A stretch of 64,000 bases of DNA, from the NCBI GenBank assembly GCA_963674945.2, contig CAXXWQ010000003.1:2336001-2400000 (forward strand). Reading direction: 5' to 3'. The notes under the pieces were generated by a model. That model saw only the letters and a list, made by a program, of their open reading frames with translations, was not told the origin of the DNA and searched no databases. The translations under genes and the position numbers were made by a program. Numbering within the stretch: position 1 is the stretch's first letter; each line of letters starts with the position of its first letter. Positions 30,471-40,989 of the stretch are shown here, piece after piece. The stretch comes from an uncultured Desulfosarcina sp. GTDB taxonomy: Bacteria; Desulfobacterota; Desulfobacteria; Desulfobacterales; Desulfosarcinaceae.

Positions 30471-33400
30471 TTTCGCTCCATGCTTTTTGTATTTTGCTTA
30501 CACAACCCTTCATATCCTCGCGTAACTGGTACGTCCAAAACCGGAGAACTTTCCATCCCATCGCCTGCAATTGAATATCTCGCCACGTGTCATCAGTTTT
30601 ACGTGATCCATCTGAATTGCGATGACAAGCACCATCTACCTCGATATCTATCTTTAAAGGTGGCTCCCCTTTTTTTATTAGGGCAATATCCAGCCGTCTA
30701 CTAGCAACCGGAAATTGTGGTCTGGGTTCAAGGCCTACAGCTATTAACGCATCAAAAAGCATTTTTTCAAATGGTGAGTCATGCGGATGCCATGGCCCCC
30801 TTGGGGAAAAGTAGTCAGCTTTTTGGGGGGCAGCTGTGAGTCGCTCTATGTGTCTTATTTTGGAATTTCGTGCCCATTTTCGGTTTCCTACAATATGAAG
30901 CACGGCCCTTGCGCGGCTGGCCGCCACATTAAAAAGATTTGCGTTCTCTCTTAAAAATCCCTTGGAACCGACAGGCATCTCTGATCCGGCACATAAACTA
31001 AAGATGATGACATCTCGTTCGTCTCCCTGAAATCCATGTGCTGTATCGATGTGAGTCTGAGAGGCTTCCAACCAATAATAGAGATTACTATCAGATTCAT
31101 ATAACGCATCGCGAATGCGATTTGCCTGCTTTCGAAATGGCGTAACAATCCCCAGAGATCCACGAAACTTATTTTTAACTAGCATTTCCCTTACAATGTT
31201 TAGGATGGTGTCAACTTCTTCCTGGCAAAAGCAACCGCTCCCTCCTCCACTTTTTACGTCACCTTCAACCTCTGTCCAATGGATGCCTGGAGGAACCCCA
31301 TGAGGGGCTTTTAGATGTGTCAAATCTGTGGCCACTCTTAGTCGGCCACTATAGAAAATATCGTTTGAATACCCAGCGATTTCGGTGGCGCTGCGGTAAG
31401 TTTCACTCAGAAACACTGGTTCGGCATCGTTCGTACCTGCCAACAAATCATAGAGAGAATGATCGGAATAGGAAAAACGGGTGTCTTCAATACGCGTAAT
31501 GCCAATTTCTCGCTGTAAGAGTGTATCCTTTGCTGTGGATAATTTCGAGCAGTGAGTTAACTGAAATGGGTCCCCTACCACACCAACACGTTTGGCCCGG
31601 AAAAGCAGTGGAATAGCAGATGGGATATCAGACTGACTGGCTTCATCTACAATGACCAGATCAAATAACCCAGGCATAAGAGGTAGGCGAGATCCTGCTG
31701 ACAGATTGGTTACCGCCCAACATGGAAAGCTGTGAAGAACATGAGGTGCCCGTTCTTTGAGTATCGAAATTGCTTCCGCTCGAATCTTTCCTTCATCAAG
31801 ACCTGTCCGCATAGCCCTTAGCGTGGTCTTTAGCCCATCCATCTTTTCTCTGCTAACACCCTCTGGTAATCCTTTCCTATCATTTAGGTCAAGAGAAATG
31901 GCTCTTTGAACAATTTCTTCAAGCCGTTGCGTTATTTCTGATATCGAAGTGGTCAGTACCTCCAATGGTGGATGAATACGAGCCTCGTCCTCCAATGGCC
32001 TACACTTAATACGCGTTTTGGAATACTGTGCTGCTTTCTCTAATAGGATGAAATCGCCATATAATTTATGTAATTCTTTTGGTGTGAGCCATAGTCGCAA
32101 ACCTGGAGTTCCAGGAATTACCTTCAACTTCCTTCTAGCAAGCCAATATAAAGGCGTAAGCATAGCACATCGCCAGAAGCGAACCACGGTTTGGAAAATT
32201 GTGAGGTGTGTAGTGGTTTGGGCAAAGGATTTCGAAATGAGAGATATGTGGCTTATGGATTTGTAAGGAAAAGATGATGGTCTGACATCAAGATATGGGG
32301 CCATGCCATGAGGCAAATCTCTGCTAAGGTGTGCCATTTTTTCTTCAAGGCGACCAATTTCAGATCTGAGGTATGCCACTTTTTTGATGATAAGGGCAGT
32401 TTCACCACGTTGACGCAGTAACTGAGAAATCTCCTCTTTAACAAATGATAGTTGTCGAGATGCACCTGGATTTAATTGGTGAAGCAGCATCTCCCCTATT
32501 GCATGGGAGAAAGTGAAGTTGAGATTGGGATCCTCCTTTGAATTCGTACGTACCATCAAGGTCTGCCCATCATCATCAACAAGACGATTGTATACGGCAT
32601 CGATCGCTTTGTGGTTCCGACTGGCGAAAAGGAGGGATTGGTTTTGAAGCCTGGCATTGGTTGCCGTCGCCGATACAACTTGGCTTTTACCAGTCCCGGG
32701 AGGGCCAGTTACAATGGTTAGCGGCCGTTTGAGAAGTGACGCGACAGCAAGGCGCTGTTCTGCGTTTAGCAATGTCGTATCAATAACGGTTTCTTCATGG
32801 ATCAAATCATCCAATGGTTGCTTAGTATGCTCTTCTTGGGCGAAAACCATCCGCAAAGCTGTCTGATCTAAGATCCTATCCGACGCCCTTTCGATAGCGG
32901 CCAATTCTTTCAACAATGTAACTGTAAAACGGGTTTTTTTAGCTACCATTAAAACAGCACGGTTGTATATTCCTGTATCGAAGGGTGTCTTCAAGGGCGT
33001 ATCAGGGATCGCGTCAATTTTCAGTGCTTCGATGATCTTGCTTGGCATGAATGCTTTGAGCGCAGATGTGAGACCTTCAATATTCGGTGAGGATTCACCG
33101 CGTTCAATTCCAGGGGCCTCGTCATTTGGTCGGGATCGATTGATGAATCCACATGCGGTCAGAAAACTACTTTGATTATTTCCCCGCCTATTAAATGCGA
33201 ACTCCAACCAATCGAAATTGACCTCTATTTGAGGATTATCATTTTTTAAAAAGAGCCCCGCGCTTGCTATGGAGTATTCGACTGGAAAATGAAAAACAGG
33301 ACGTATTATTGATATCGGAGGTTCCCCACTACGCTCTTTAAATAGGGCTTGAATTGGATAACCCACCACGAGAGTGTCTTCATCGGTTGGTCCCGGCAAA

Positions 33401-34017
33401 TTGTTTACTAAACCAGAAAGATGCTCTCCAAGCGGAATTATGGTTTGCCAAGGTGTGCCATGTCGAGGATACCAAAACCCAACCTTTCTGAGATAGATGA
33501 ATCTTTCATAGAGCTCATTTTGAAAGGCAACCGCTTTAGCTCCCTCTTCATTACGGATGCATTGACGATAATAGGCGACAAGGCGCCTGAAGAAACCCCA
33601 TCTGCCAATCAAGTCCGCTCTCACATCAGCAGGTTTGCGCTGTTGCGACCCAGTTATGCCTAAGCAAGGAGATTCAATTGCCGATGTTTGACTGCCAATT
33701 CGTTTTGTTGTTTCCGGGGATAAATTTGGGAATGTGAAGGGCAGGCCTTTAAAAAAGTTTACTGATTGCCTTTGTGAATGTCGTACAGATGCCGAATGCC
33801 ACCTATTACCTTCAATAGTTACCTCATCATTGCTGAGGAGCTCCCTAAGTTCGGATATGATTTGGTAATTTGTAAGCCGAATATTCTCAAAGCGTAAACG
33901 AACTCCTATGTCTCTGGTGGATAGCGGTCTACCAGCTTCATCTAAAATCTGGAGAAGGCGATCATGTATGACTTGACTACCTTTTCTTATTTTCTCCATC
34001 TCGGTGATGTTATTCAT
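30463..34017 (-). CDS. SF1 (Upf1-like) helicase with N-terminal wHTH and C-terminal Vsr/DUF559-like nuclease
   Basis: GPPGTGKS, DEASQ, VGDPFQL, YRS, TAHGFQGDE, NVAASRA; SPFE...RLDIA...EVDG...GWKVLRFW. Confidence 0.92.
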   Translation of the reverse strand: MNNITEMEKIRKGSQVIHDRLLQILDEAGRPLSTRDIGVRLRFENIRLTNYQIISELRELLSNDEVTIEGNRWHSASVRHSQRQSVNFFKGLPFTFPNLSPETTKRIGSQTSAIESPCLGITGSQQRKPADVRADLIGRWGFFRRLVAYYRQCIRNEEGAKAVAFQNELYERFIYLRKVGFWYPRHGTPWQTIIPLGEHLSGLVNNLPGPTDEDTLVVGYPIQALFKERSGEPPISIIRPVFHFPVEYSIASAGLFLKNDNPQIEVNFDWLEFAFNRRGNNQSSFLTACGFINRSRPNDEAPGIERGESSPNIEGLTSALKAFMPSKIIEALKIDAIPDTPLKTPFDTGIYNRAVLMVAKKTRFTVTLLKELAAIERASDRILDQTALRMVFAQEEHTKQPLDDLIHEETVIDTTLLNAEQRLAVASLLKRPLTIVTGPPGTGKSQVVSATATNARLQNQSLLFASRNHKAIDAVYNRLVDDDGQTLMVRTNSKEDPNLNFTFSHAIGEMLLHQLNPGASRQLSFVKEEISQLLRQRGETALIIKKVAYLRSEIGRLEEKMAHLSRDLPHGMAPYLDVRPSSFPYKSISHISLISKSFAQTTTHLTIFQTVVRFWRCAMLTPLYWLARRKLKVIPGTPGLRLWLTPKELHKLYGDFILLEKAAQYSKTRIKCRPLEDEARIHPPLEVLTTSISEITQRLEEIVQRAISLDLNDRKGLPEGVSREKMDGLKTTLRAMRTGLDEGKIRAEAISILKERAPHVLHSFPCWAVTNLSAGSRLPLMPGLFDLVIVDEASQSDIPSAIPLLFRAKRVGVVGDPFQLTHCSKLSTAKDTLLQREIGITRIEDTRFSYSDHSLYDLLAGTNDAEPVFLSETYRSATEIAGYSNDIFYSGRLRVATDLTHLKAPHGVPPGIHWTEVEGDVKSGGGSGCFCQEEVDTILNIVREMLVKNKFRGSLGIVTPFRKQANRIRDALYESDSNLYYWLEASQTHIDTAHGFQGDERDVIIFSLCAGSEMPVGSKGFLRENANLFNVAASRARAVLHIVGNRKWARNSKIRHIERLTAAPQKADYFSPRGPWHPHDSPFEKMLFDALIAVGLEPRPQFPVASRRLDIALIKKGEPPLKIDIEVDGACHRNSDGSRKTDDTWRDIQLQAMGWKVLRFWTYQLREDMKGCVSKIQKAWSENE

Positions 34018-34132
34018 CGATATATCTAACCTGATCTATGAAGATTGAATATCAACTTTGGTTTTTTGGCTTGCTTGCGAATTCAATTGAAAGCTTATTA
34101 TTATAATCAAAACAGGTGTTTTGCCTGCAAGT

Positions 34133-34774
34133 TCAGCCAACACATCCATGTCGATATTGTCCGTTTATCGACGAATCATAGTTTTCGAAGTCTATTTTCT
34201 TGTTTAAGAGAGCATTTTTACAAAACTCAATACTTCCTTTTTCTACGCCATCTAAATTATCAATTTCTGCTATCTGTTGGCGCATAAGCCCAAGTAACAA
34301 TGCAATCAATATATTTGATGTAGTTTCGATATCCACTAAAATGAATTCACCCGATTCCATGCCTTTTTCGAGGATTTTTCTCAGAACAATTTTCAACTTC
34401 GATCTGACTTCTCGATAAATCTTGCTGCATGTGCCTTCTGGATCATCCAAACGCGCAGGGCAGGTCCTCAAAAGAATACTCATGAATTCGGCTTCTTCGG
34501 TCACGACAGTAAAATGGAGGTGAATCAATGATTCCAAGGATTCAAATGCTGTCTTTCCATCCAACAGTAACACATCAATACGATCAAAATAGGCTTTTGC
34601 AGCTGCTTCGAGAATAGTGGAAAAAAAAGCGTTCTTGCTCTGGAAATGATAAAAAACTGCGGGTTCTGTGACACCGACTTCCTTGGCAATCTGGAGTGTA
34701 GTCGTCGCATCATATCCCTGAGACGCAAATAAGCTTACAGCCGTTTTGAAGATGGATGTTTTTCTGTTCACCAT
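34133..34774 (-). CDS. TetR-family regulator
   Basis: LFASQGYDATTTLQIAKEVGVTEPAVFYHFQSK. Confidence 0.93.
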   Translation of the reverse strand: MVNRKTSIFKTAVSLFASQGYDATTTLQIAKEVGVTEPAVFYHFQSKNAFFSTILEAAAKAYFDRIDVLLLDGKTAFESLESLIHLHFTVVTEEAEFMSILLRTCPARLDDPEGTCSKIYREVRSKLKIVLRKILEKGMESGEFILVDIETTSNILIALLLGLMRQQIAEIDNLDGVEKGSIEFCKNALLNKKIDFENYDSSINGQYRHGCVG

Positions 34775-34991
34775 CTACACCGAGTCAACATACCGATTCA
34801 AATATTAATAAGGAAATAATGAATGCCCGTTCAAAAATTAACTTAGTATATGCTAAACTAAGTGTCAAACAGTTGTTTCCAATCTGGCATGACGCTAAGG
34901 CCCAGAAACAAAAGGAAATCAATCACCATATCGTTGTCGTACCGTTTTCCATACCCCACCATATTGTTCCCCAACCTCTCAGATTGCCAAA

Positions 34992-35009
34992 TTGGACAGC
35001 GCTGTCCAA
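34992..35009. repeat. 18-bp palindrome TTGGACAGCGCTGTCCAA (exact copy at 43315-43332; variant at 14957-14974)
   Basis: Read directly from sequence. Confidence 0.85.
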
Positions 35010-35481
35010 ATCTGATGGTCGCCAACTGGTGATCGTGGTCGAGTCGAATAAGCGACCATATTGATAGTGGCCGGCAGGATAGATATATGACAAAGGTTAT
35101 TCAGCCTGTCACGTTTTATAGCCGCCACGCCCCCTTTCCATCGTCCATACCGTCCAATCGTCCACACGCCTCCCTTGGATAGTTTAGCAACAGTGGATTT
35201 ATTCAATCAGCATCATGTGTTCGTTTGCTCTCAGCCAGCACCCAACGGCGGTTATTTAAAGGGCAGAAATGTCAAGGATAGGGTAAATATACCATAGAAT
35301 GTAGGATGGTTATAGCGTGTCCAAAGGAGGAGTAGTGTAACCTGCGAATTCCCGATTGTCGGGTTCTGCCCGTAGGATATTGCTGAAGGCCCCACAATAC
35401 AACAATTCATGACCCAGCATCCAAGGCGGCTTGTCACCAAGACAGGTCGCCTTTTTCATTTCCAAACACAAGGAGACCACT

Positions 35482-35772
35482 ATGCAAAAATCAGTAGAGA
35501 TTTGCCAACTCGTCGCCCGTGCTATCGACCATACCACATGGAATGTCCCGCGCATCCGTGATGGTGATCGCTGGCGCAACATTGAAAACGCTCACCTGGT
35601 CGAGAATCCATCCCGCATCAACGGTCATGATCATTATGAGGAAGCCATCTTTCGAGTCAAGCGAATCATGGAGGAACGTGGATGGAAAGTTGAAATCACC
35701 GACACCAAGGAAGAGTGCCATGAGCACTTGTATTACCAGCATTACCGATTGAAGTGCTGGAAACGTTCATAA
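35482..35772 (+). CDS. Hypothetical protein
   Basis: AGGAG RBS, preceded by hairpin and U tract. Confidence 0.7.
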   Translation: MQKSVEICQLVARAIDHTTWNVPRIRDGDRWRNIENAHLVENPSRINGHDHYEEAIFRVKRIMEERGWKVEITDTKEECHEHLYYQHYRLKCWKRS

Positions 35773-35854
35773 TTCAACTCAATCAAGCATGAGGGGCAGT
35801 TGCTGGTCTTTTCCGCCGGCGGTTGCCCTTTTTTGCGTTTATGGAGGTTCACCC

Positions 35855-36412
35855 ATGAAAATCTATAATCCTAATCGCACTACAAAACCCTATATACAGC
35901 AGGAATTATTCCCTGCAGCATCGGACCTATCTTTCAAGAAATCTATTTCCATTTACCGTGTATCCTTGGTCAAGGATGAATCCGTATCCTTTGGCAACGT
36001 CCGCCTTTTCAACTCACAGCAGGCCCAGGCCCTGATCCAGAACCTTATCCTAATGAAAGGGCAACCGGACCGGGAACAATTCGTTGTGGTTCTGCTCAAT
36101 GCCAAGAACGAAATGATCGGGTTGAACATCGTATCCGTTGGTGGGCTCTCATCGGCCGCTGTCCATCCACGCGAGGTTCTAAAGCCGGCTATTCTGGCCA
36201 ATTCTGCAGCAATGATTCTATCTCACAATCACCCCTCCAACGATCTCGAACCCTCTCATGATGACATTGCCATCACTCGAAAAATCATCCGGGCGGCAGA
36301 AATTGTTGGCATCAAAATCCATGAACACCTGATCATCAACACGGAGGACGACCGGTATTTCAGTTTCGCTGATCAAGGCATCATCAGCCGGATGTTTTCC
36401 GAGCTCGCCTAA
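35855..36412 (+). CDS. radC: RadC/JAB-domain protein
   Basis: REQF, VHPREV, HNHPS..PS..D, HLII. Confidence 0.92.
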   Translation: MKIYNPNRTTKPYIQQELFPAASDLSFKKSISIYRVSLVKDESVSFGNVRLFNSQQAQALIQNLILMKGQPDREQFVVVLLNAKNEMIGLNIVSVGGLSSAAVHPREVLKPAILANSAAMILSHNHPSNDLEPSHDDIAITRKIIRAAEIVGIKIHEHLIINTEDDRYFSFADQGIISRMFSELA

Positions 36413-36422
36413 ATCCTCTCCT

Positions 36423-36611
36423 CTAATACCGTCCTCGCAGATTATATGGATCGGTACTATCCACCAGCTTGGTGGTAAATCTTCTCCCTACCCGCTCGAT
36501 CTTTGGTATCACGTCGTCTATAGTGAGCCTCTGACTCTCGCTCAGGACTCCGCCATGATGAAGCTTGGGCTTTTGGCCGTTCGGCCATTTCTTTTTTCGT
36601 TTTCTCATCAT
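36423..36611 (-). CDS. Small basic hypothetical protein
   Basis: 62-aa ORF with AAGGGGG RBS. Confidence 0.4.
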   Translation of the reverse strand: MMRKRKKKWPNGQKPKLHHGGVLSESQRLTIDDVIPKIERVGRRFTTKLVDSTDPYNLRGRY

Positions 36612-37018
36612 TCAATCCCCCTTTTCGTAACGTTTTCGCATTACTGGAGCCCGGTGCCCTAATCTTAATAGCCTGACGGGTTCTCCTACCTACTCAACGG
36701 TCAGATAAACGGGAGCCATCTATCATCCGGTGGGTGGCTCCCTGTTTTTTCTGACTGGCTCAGGTATCGAGGTACCTGGCGCATAGCGGCGATTACTTAA
36801 AGGGTAAATGTATGTGTGAAAACGTTATTATATTTATTTATATTAGGTGTTTATTCCGATTTTCTGGTGAAAATAGTGGGAAATGCGAAATTGAAGTGAA
36901 GAGGCAATAATGGGCTTTGTTAATTGATGTGCTATAGCCACCTTCGCATAGCAATAATCAGATAGATCGGCCAGGAATGAGCGAATCACAGCAAAAATTA
37001 GAGGATATCCAATATATC

Positions 37019-37990
37019 TTAGAGAGTCCAGTTGCCAACCAACCTTTTGGTCCTGCGTTCGACGAGACGCTGCTGGTTCTTTGTCAGGTTATCCGGCGTG
37101 ACGATTGGGACAATAGCGGTTCTACCGAGCTCATCGATGATGATCTTGATGGATTGGTTACGCTTTTTTGTGGATATCACCCTGGACCGCTCCTTGTCGC
37201 CATAGACAAGATACTCATGCGAATTTTCCGGTTTGGAATAGAAACTGTAATAGGTTCCGTCATCCTGGGCGCGGGCAGACACGATATAGATGTAGGGAAT
37301 ACCTGTGTAATCCAGCATATCGGAATTGCATCCGGACTTCCTGCCGTGATGCGACGCCACAAAGAAATCCGTCCCGTCAAGGATATCCCGCATGTATGAC
37401 GAATTGAACGCCTTTTCCCAGCCTTCGGTTTCGATATCTCCAGGGAACAGTATCTTTCTGCCGGCGTACTCGATACCGATGATGTAGCTGCGGTTGTTGA
37501 TGATCTTGTCACGGTCCTTAGAGATGACCTCAGCATCTGAGTTCGAGATCTGGCTGTACTTGTATTGATCAAAGCCCCAGTCGACCGGCGTATCAACATC
37601 TACGGTATAGCTCGACTGAAATTTCTTGAATTGTTTCAGGATTTGCTGCTGCGAGCTTCCATCCTCCTCTTCGCTAATCTTTTCATCTATGAACTTCATC
37701 GTCTGCTTGTCCCGCAGCAGGATCTTCGGCTGATCCTCCTGCTTGACGAAACTGCCGATATCGGAGAAATGGTCTACGTGAAGATGGGTAATGATCATCT
37801 CGGCGATACGCCGTCCTTCATGATACTTGATGTTGCCATTACCATAATTGTAGTTTTGCCTGACCCATCTGATCGGTGAAAAATATTCCCTACCGCCGCA
37901 GTCGATCATCAGTCCATAATCGTTCGGGGACTTGATGAAAGCGCAAAACCCATGTTCGACGTTGAAGATGATGCATTCGAGCTGTTTCAT
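37019..37990 (-). CDS. ComEC/Rec2-like MBL-fold metallohydrolase
   Basis: NVEHG, IDCG, THLHVDH (HxHxDH), FPGD, ASHHG. Confidence 0.9.
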   Translation of the reverse strand: MKQLECIIFNVEHGFCAFIKSPNDYGLMIDCGGREYFSPIRWVRQNYNYGNGNIKYHEGRRIAEMIITHLHVDHFSDIGSFVKQEDQPKILLRDKQTMKFIDEKISEEEDGSSQQQILKQFKKFQSSYTVDVDTPVDWGFDQYKYSQISNSDAEVISKDRDKIINNRSYIIGIEYAGRKILFPGDIETEGWEKAFNSSYMRDILDGTDFFVASHHGRKSGCNSDMLDYTGIPYIYIVSARAQDDGTYYSFYSKPENSHEYLVYGDKERSRVISTKKRNQSIKIIIDELGRTAIVPIVTPDNLTKNQQRLVERRTKRLVGNWTL

Positions 37991-38014
37991 GGTACTGTTC
38001 AGATCCTTTCCTGT

Positions 38015-38674
38015 TTAGGTTATCGCTTCCGCGAAAACGTTCTCCACAAGCCTTTTCCCATAACTTTGCGCTGACAGGCAGATAAGGGCAGCGACAACTG
38101 TAAGAACGAGCACGTGGTATCCGATTGTAGCGGCAGGCGTCTGCCAGAACAGGTGAGCAACAACGCAGAACGGAATCAATACCACTGTCAATGCGGCAAG
38201 GTCTCTCGTCAGCAGGAAAAACCGGTGCGCATCGTTCACTATCATTTTATCTTCATACTGCTTGTACAACTTGTACCAGGCAGCGTTTTGCTCTTTTGGA
38301 TCTGATGGAAGGCCATCCGGGTAAATTTTTTTGATAGCAGCCATGTCGATTCTTGGATCGTTGGGAGCGATTTTAGAGAATGCGCGGCACCCGGGCAAAG
38401 GGTTCCTGATCCGCCAGAACACGAGCACGGCCTTGCGGTTGCTGTGGATCAACCCTTCAAGTACGACAGATAGCGGGAATATTATTAGGGGGATGAGACC
38501 GCTTGGGCTTTTGAGTTTTGCCAGTAAGGAACTGATATCGTCGAAGGTAGGATTGACGACTGCGGCAGCTATTGCAAAGATAACAAAATGAAGGAACATG
38601 TACGATATCAGCCACTTGCGATTGCTGTTTTTCAGGTTTTTTGTCTTGGTCAAAGGTCGGGTTTTCACCTCCAA
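38015..38674 (-). CDS. Multi-pass membrane protein (about 4 TM)
   Basis: Two hydrophobic pairs around a soluble loop FWR..PLPG.RAF...DPRID...QN..WY. Confidence 0.8.
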   Translation of the reverse strand: MEVKTRPLTKTKNLKNSNRKWLISYMFLHFVIFAIAAAVVNPTFDDISSLLAKLKSPSGLIPLIIFPLSVVLEGLIHSNRKAVLVFWRIRNPLPGCRAFSKIAPNDPRIDMAAIKKIYPDGLPSDPKEQNAAWYKLYKQYEDKMIVNDAHRFFLLTRDLAALTVVLIPFCVVAHLFWQTPAATIGYHVLVLTVVAALICLSAQSYGKRLVENVFAEAIT

Positions 38675-39062
38675 TAGTTTATTTCGCCGAAAATAATCAG
38701 CATTCGCTCGTTGTCAAGGGCATCCATACCAGATATTGTTGTCCCTCCTGAACCACCCACTACATATATTGTTGCCCAATGGGCTTGGTGTACAATAACA
38801 TTTCCTGCGGCAGTAAAATTATAATATAATCGCGGGACCTAAATCGGCGGACTCAACTCGGTTCCACCTTTTTTATTGCTCCACCATCACATTTCACTAT
38901 TCGCTTCATATGCATGATTTTCCAATTTGCAGTTAATTACACCCATACAATATCGCTGACATTACTCTACCTAAATAATATTCAATACAGTCCATACCCT
39001 CAGGCAACCACGTCCCCACGACAGGGCCGCCTTTTTTACGTCCGTCGAAAGGAGGACCGCCT

Positions 39063-39281
39063 ATGGCCTATACACCCGAACTATCCCTCAAATCGTCCTG
39101 CACCCTGCGCCGTATTGCTTGGGCTCTTGGCGTTCCTATGACACAGGCAATTGAGAGAGTATTCGAGCACTTGCCCAGCATCCTGGACCGAAACAAGGTC
39201 TGTATAGCCTGCCGGGACCCAACCAAATGCTCGCAGTGCGCCTTTTTCAACAGCAACCATTCACCTGTAGAAAGGAGGTGA
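39063..39281 (+). CDS. Small conserved-looking protein with C-terminal CxxC...CxxC
   Basis: AGGAGG RBS; LRRIAWALGVPMT, CIAC...CSQC. Confidence 0.75.
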   Translation: MAYTPELSLKSSCTLRRIAWALGVPMTQAIERVFEHLPSILDRNKVCIACRDPTKCSQCAFFNSNHSPVERR

Positions 39282-39394
39282 TGCCCACCATCTGAATCAG
39301 TACCGTGTACCCTGGTGACCCACGTCACCATTCTACTGACAGGCTCAGTCAATAGTTGGCTGGGCCTTTTTATTTACCTTGAAAGGAGAAAAAC

Positions 39395-40063
39395 ATGAAC
39401 AGAGAAGTCCTCGAAAAAGAATTTGGCCCGGAGCAGATCAAACAACGTGAAGGCAACTTCGGCAAGATATTGGATTACATCGAAGGTCATTCCGTAATTC
39501 AACGACTCAACGATGCCTTTGACGCCGACTGGTCTTTTTCCATCATTCACCACGAAATCTTGAAGGAAACCGACGAGGTTATCGTAATCGGAGAGTTGAA
39601 AGCCGGCAATGTGGTTAAAACCCAATTCGGTTCCAGCCGGATCACTCGTGCCAAAGAAACCGGCGACATCATCTCTCTTGCGGATGATCTTAAAGCCGCT
39701 GCTACGGATGCCTTGAAGAAGGCCGCCACGTTACTCGGAGTTGGCTTGCATCTGTATCGTAACGATCGGTCTCAAGGGGCATACGGTCAGCCGAATCAGA
39801 ATTGTAACGCCGGTACCGGTAATAACGGCGGAAACGGCAATGGAAACGGTCGCCCCAACCGGTCAAATGGTAATGGCGGAAACGGGAACGGAAATGGCCG
39901 ACTTACCAACAACCAGTACAAGTACATGCTCAAGCTGAATCAGGAAAAGGGTCGTTCCAAACCTGACCTTGATCAGCAGTGTCTGCAAATGTTCGGCGCC
40001 GCATCTGAGTACCTGTCCAAGACCGATGCCTCGGCAGTCATCGAGCACTTGTTGGCCAACTAA
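39395..40063 (+). CDS. Rad52/Sak-like single-strand annealing protein
   Basis: LDYIEG..VIQRLN..F...WSF, KAAATDALKKAA..LGVG..LY; Gly/Asn linker. Confidence 0.88.
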   Translation: MNREVLEKEFGPEQIKQREGNFGKILDYIEGHSVIQRLNDAFDADWSFSIIHHEILKETDEVIVIGELKAGNVVKTQFGSSRITRAKETGDIISLADDLKAAATDALKKAATLLGVGLHLYRNDRSQGAYGQPNQNCNAGTGNNGGNGNGNGRPNRSNGNGGNGNGNGRLTNNQYKYMLKLNQEKGRSKPDLDQQCLQMFGAASEYLSKTDASAVIEHLLAN

Positions 40064-40155
40064 GATCAAAATTCAAACGTCTACGATTGCGAAAGGGGTT
40101 GCGCCAGTCCATCTGGCCGGCCCCTTTTGCGTTCTACCCCGGAAAGGAGATTGTC

Positions 40156-40989
40156 ATGCCCAGAAACCAAGCACTTACGAGTTTCAGTCAGGATCTTTAT
40201 ATCAGTCACAACCAGATCTTCATTTACCTCAACTGCTCCCTCAACTACCGCTATCGTTACGTCGAAAAACGCAAACCGGAACGCATCAGCATCGCCCTTC
40301 CTTTTGGCAAAGCCATGCATGCTGCCGAGGAGTTTTTTTATAGGTCCATACAGACCAATCGCAACAAAGTGTCTTTGAATGAACTGCTTGAGAAATTTGA
40401 AGCTTCTCTGATCCAGGGGCTGGAAAAGATCGACGACACCCCAGTGGTCTGGAAAAAGAACATGCCCGACCAGGCCGGGGCCATCGCCATGGGCAGGGCC
40501 ATGCTCACAGCCTTTTACGACACCATCGATCTGTCGAGTCATGCCGTCGTCGAGGTGGAAATGCCACTGTCGGCCAGACTTTACACCGATGACGGTTTTC
40601 CAACGGAGTTCATGCTGGTTGGCATCATCGACCTATTGCTGATGAACGAAAACAACGAGGCCGTCGTCGTGGATAACAAGACCGCAGTTCAGCCCATGGC
40701 CCAGGCCGATGCAGACGGGAACATGCAAATGTCCAGCTATGCCTATCTGCTCGCCAGCAACAAATATGTGCTCCCGATCTCCCCAGTCAGATGCCGATTT
40801 GACGTGCTTCGCAAATTGAAAACGCCCAAGTTCGAACAGGTTCACACCATCCGTACCGCCCAGGATCGGAAACGCTTCGCCAAAATTGCCAGTGCGGTAC
40901 TCAAGGGTATCGATGCCGGCATTTACATGCCCCAGCCCAGTTGGATGTGCTCAGATTGCAGCTATGCTGATGCCTGCAAATCCTGGTAA
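40156..40989 (+). CDS. PD-(D/E)XK (RecB/Cas4-like) nuclease
   Basis: FGKAMH, GIIDL, VVDNKT, Q...Y, C..C.Y...C. Confidence 0.88.
   Translation: MPRNQALTSFSQDLYISHNQIFIYLNCSLNYRYRYVEKRKPERISIALPFGKAMHAAEEFFYRSIQTNRNKVSLNELLEKFEASLIQGLEKIDDTPVVWKKNMPDQAGAIAMGRAMLTAFYDTIDLSSHAVVEVEMPLSARLYTDDGFPTEFMLVGIIDLLLMNENNEAVVVDNKTAVQPMAQADADGNMQMSSYAYLLASNKYVLPISPVRCRFDVLRKLKTPKFEQVHTIRTAQDRKRFAKIASAVLKGIDAGIYMPQPSWMCSDCSYADACKSW

Noticed and set aside
39821..39900. GGAAACGGCAAT-like repeats as a CRISPR or DNA repeat array
   Set aside because: They encode the Gly/Asn linker of the SSAP; no spacers
40156..40989. cas4 of a CRISPR-Cas locus
   Set aside because: No array or other cas genes; pairing with an SSAP fits a recombination module
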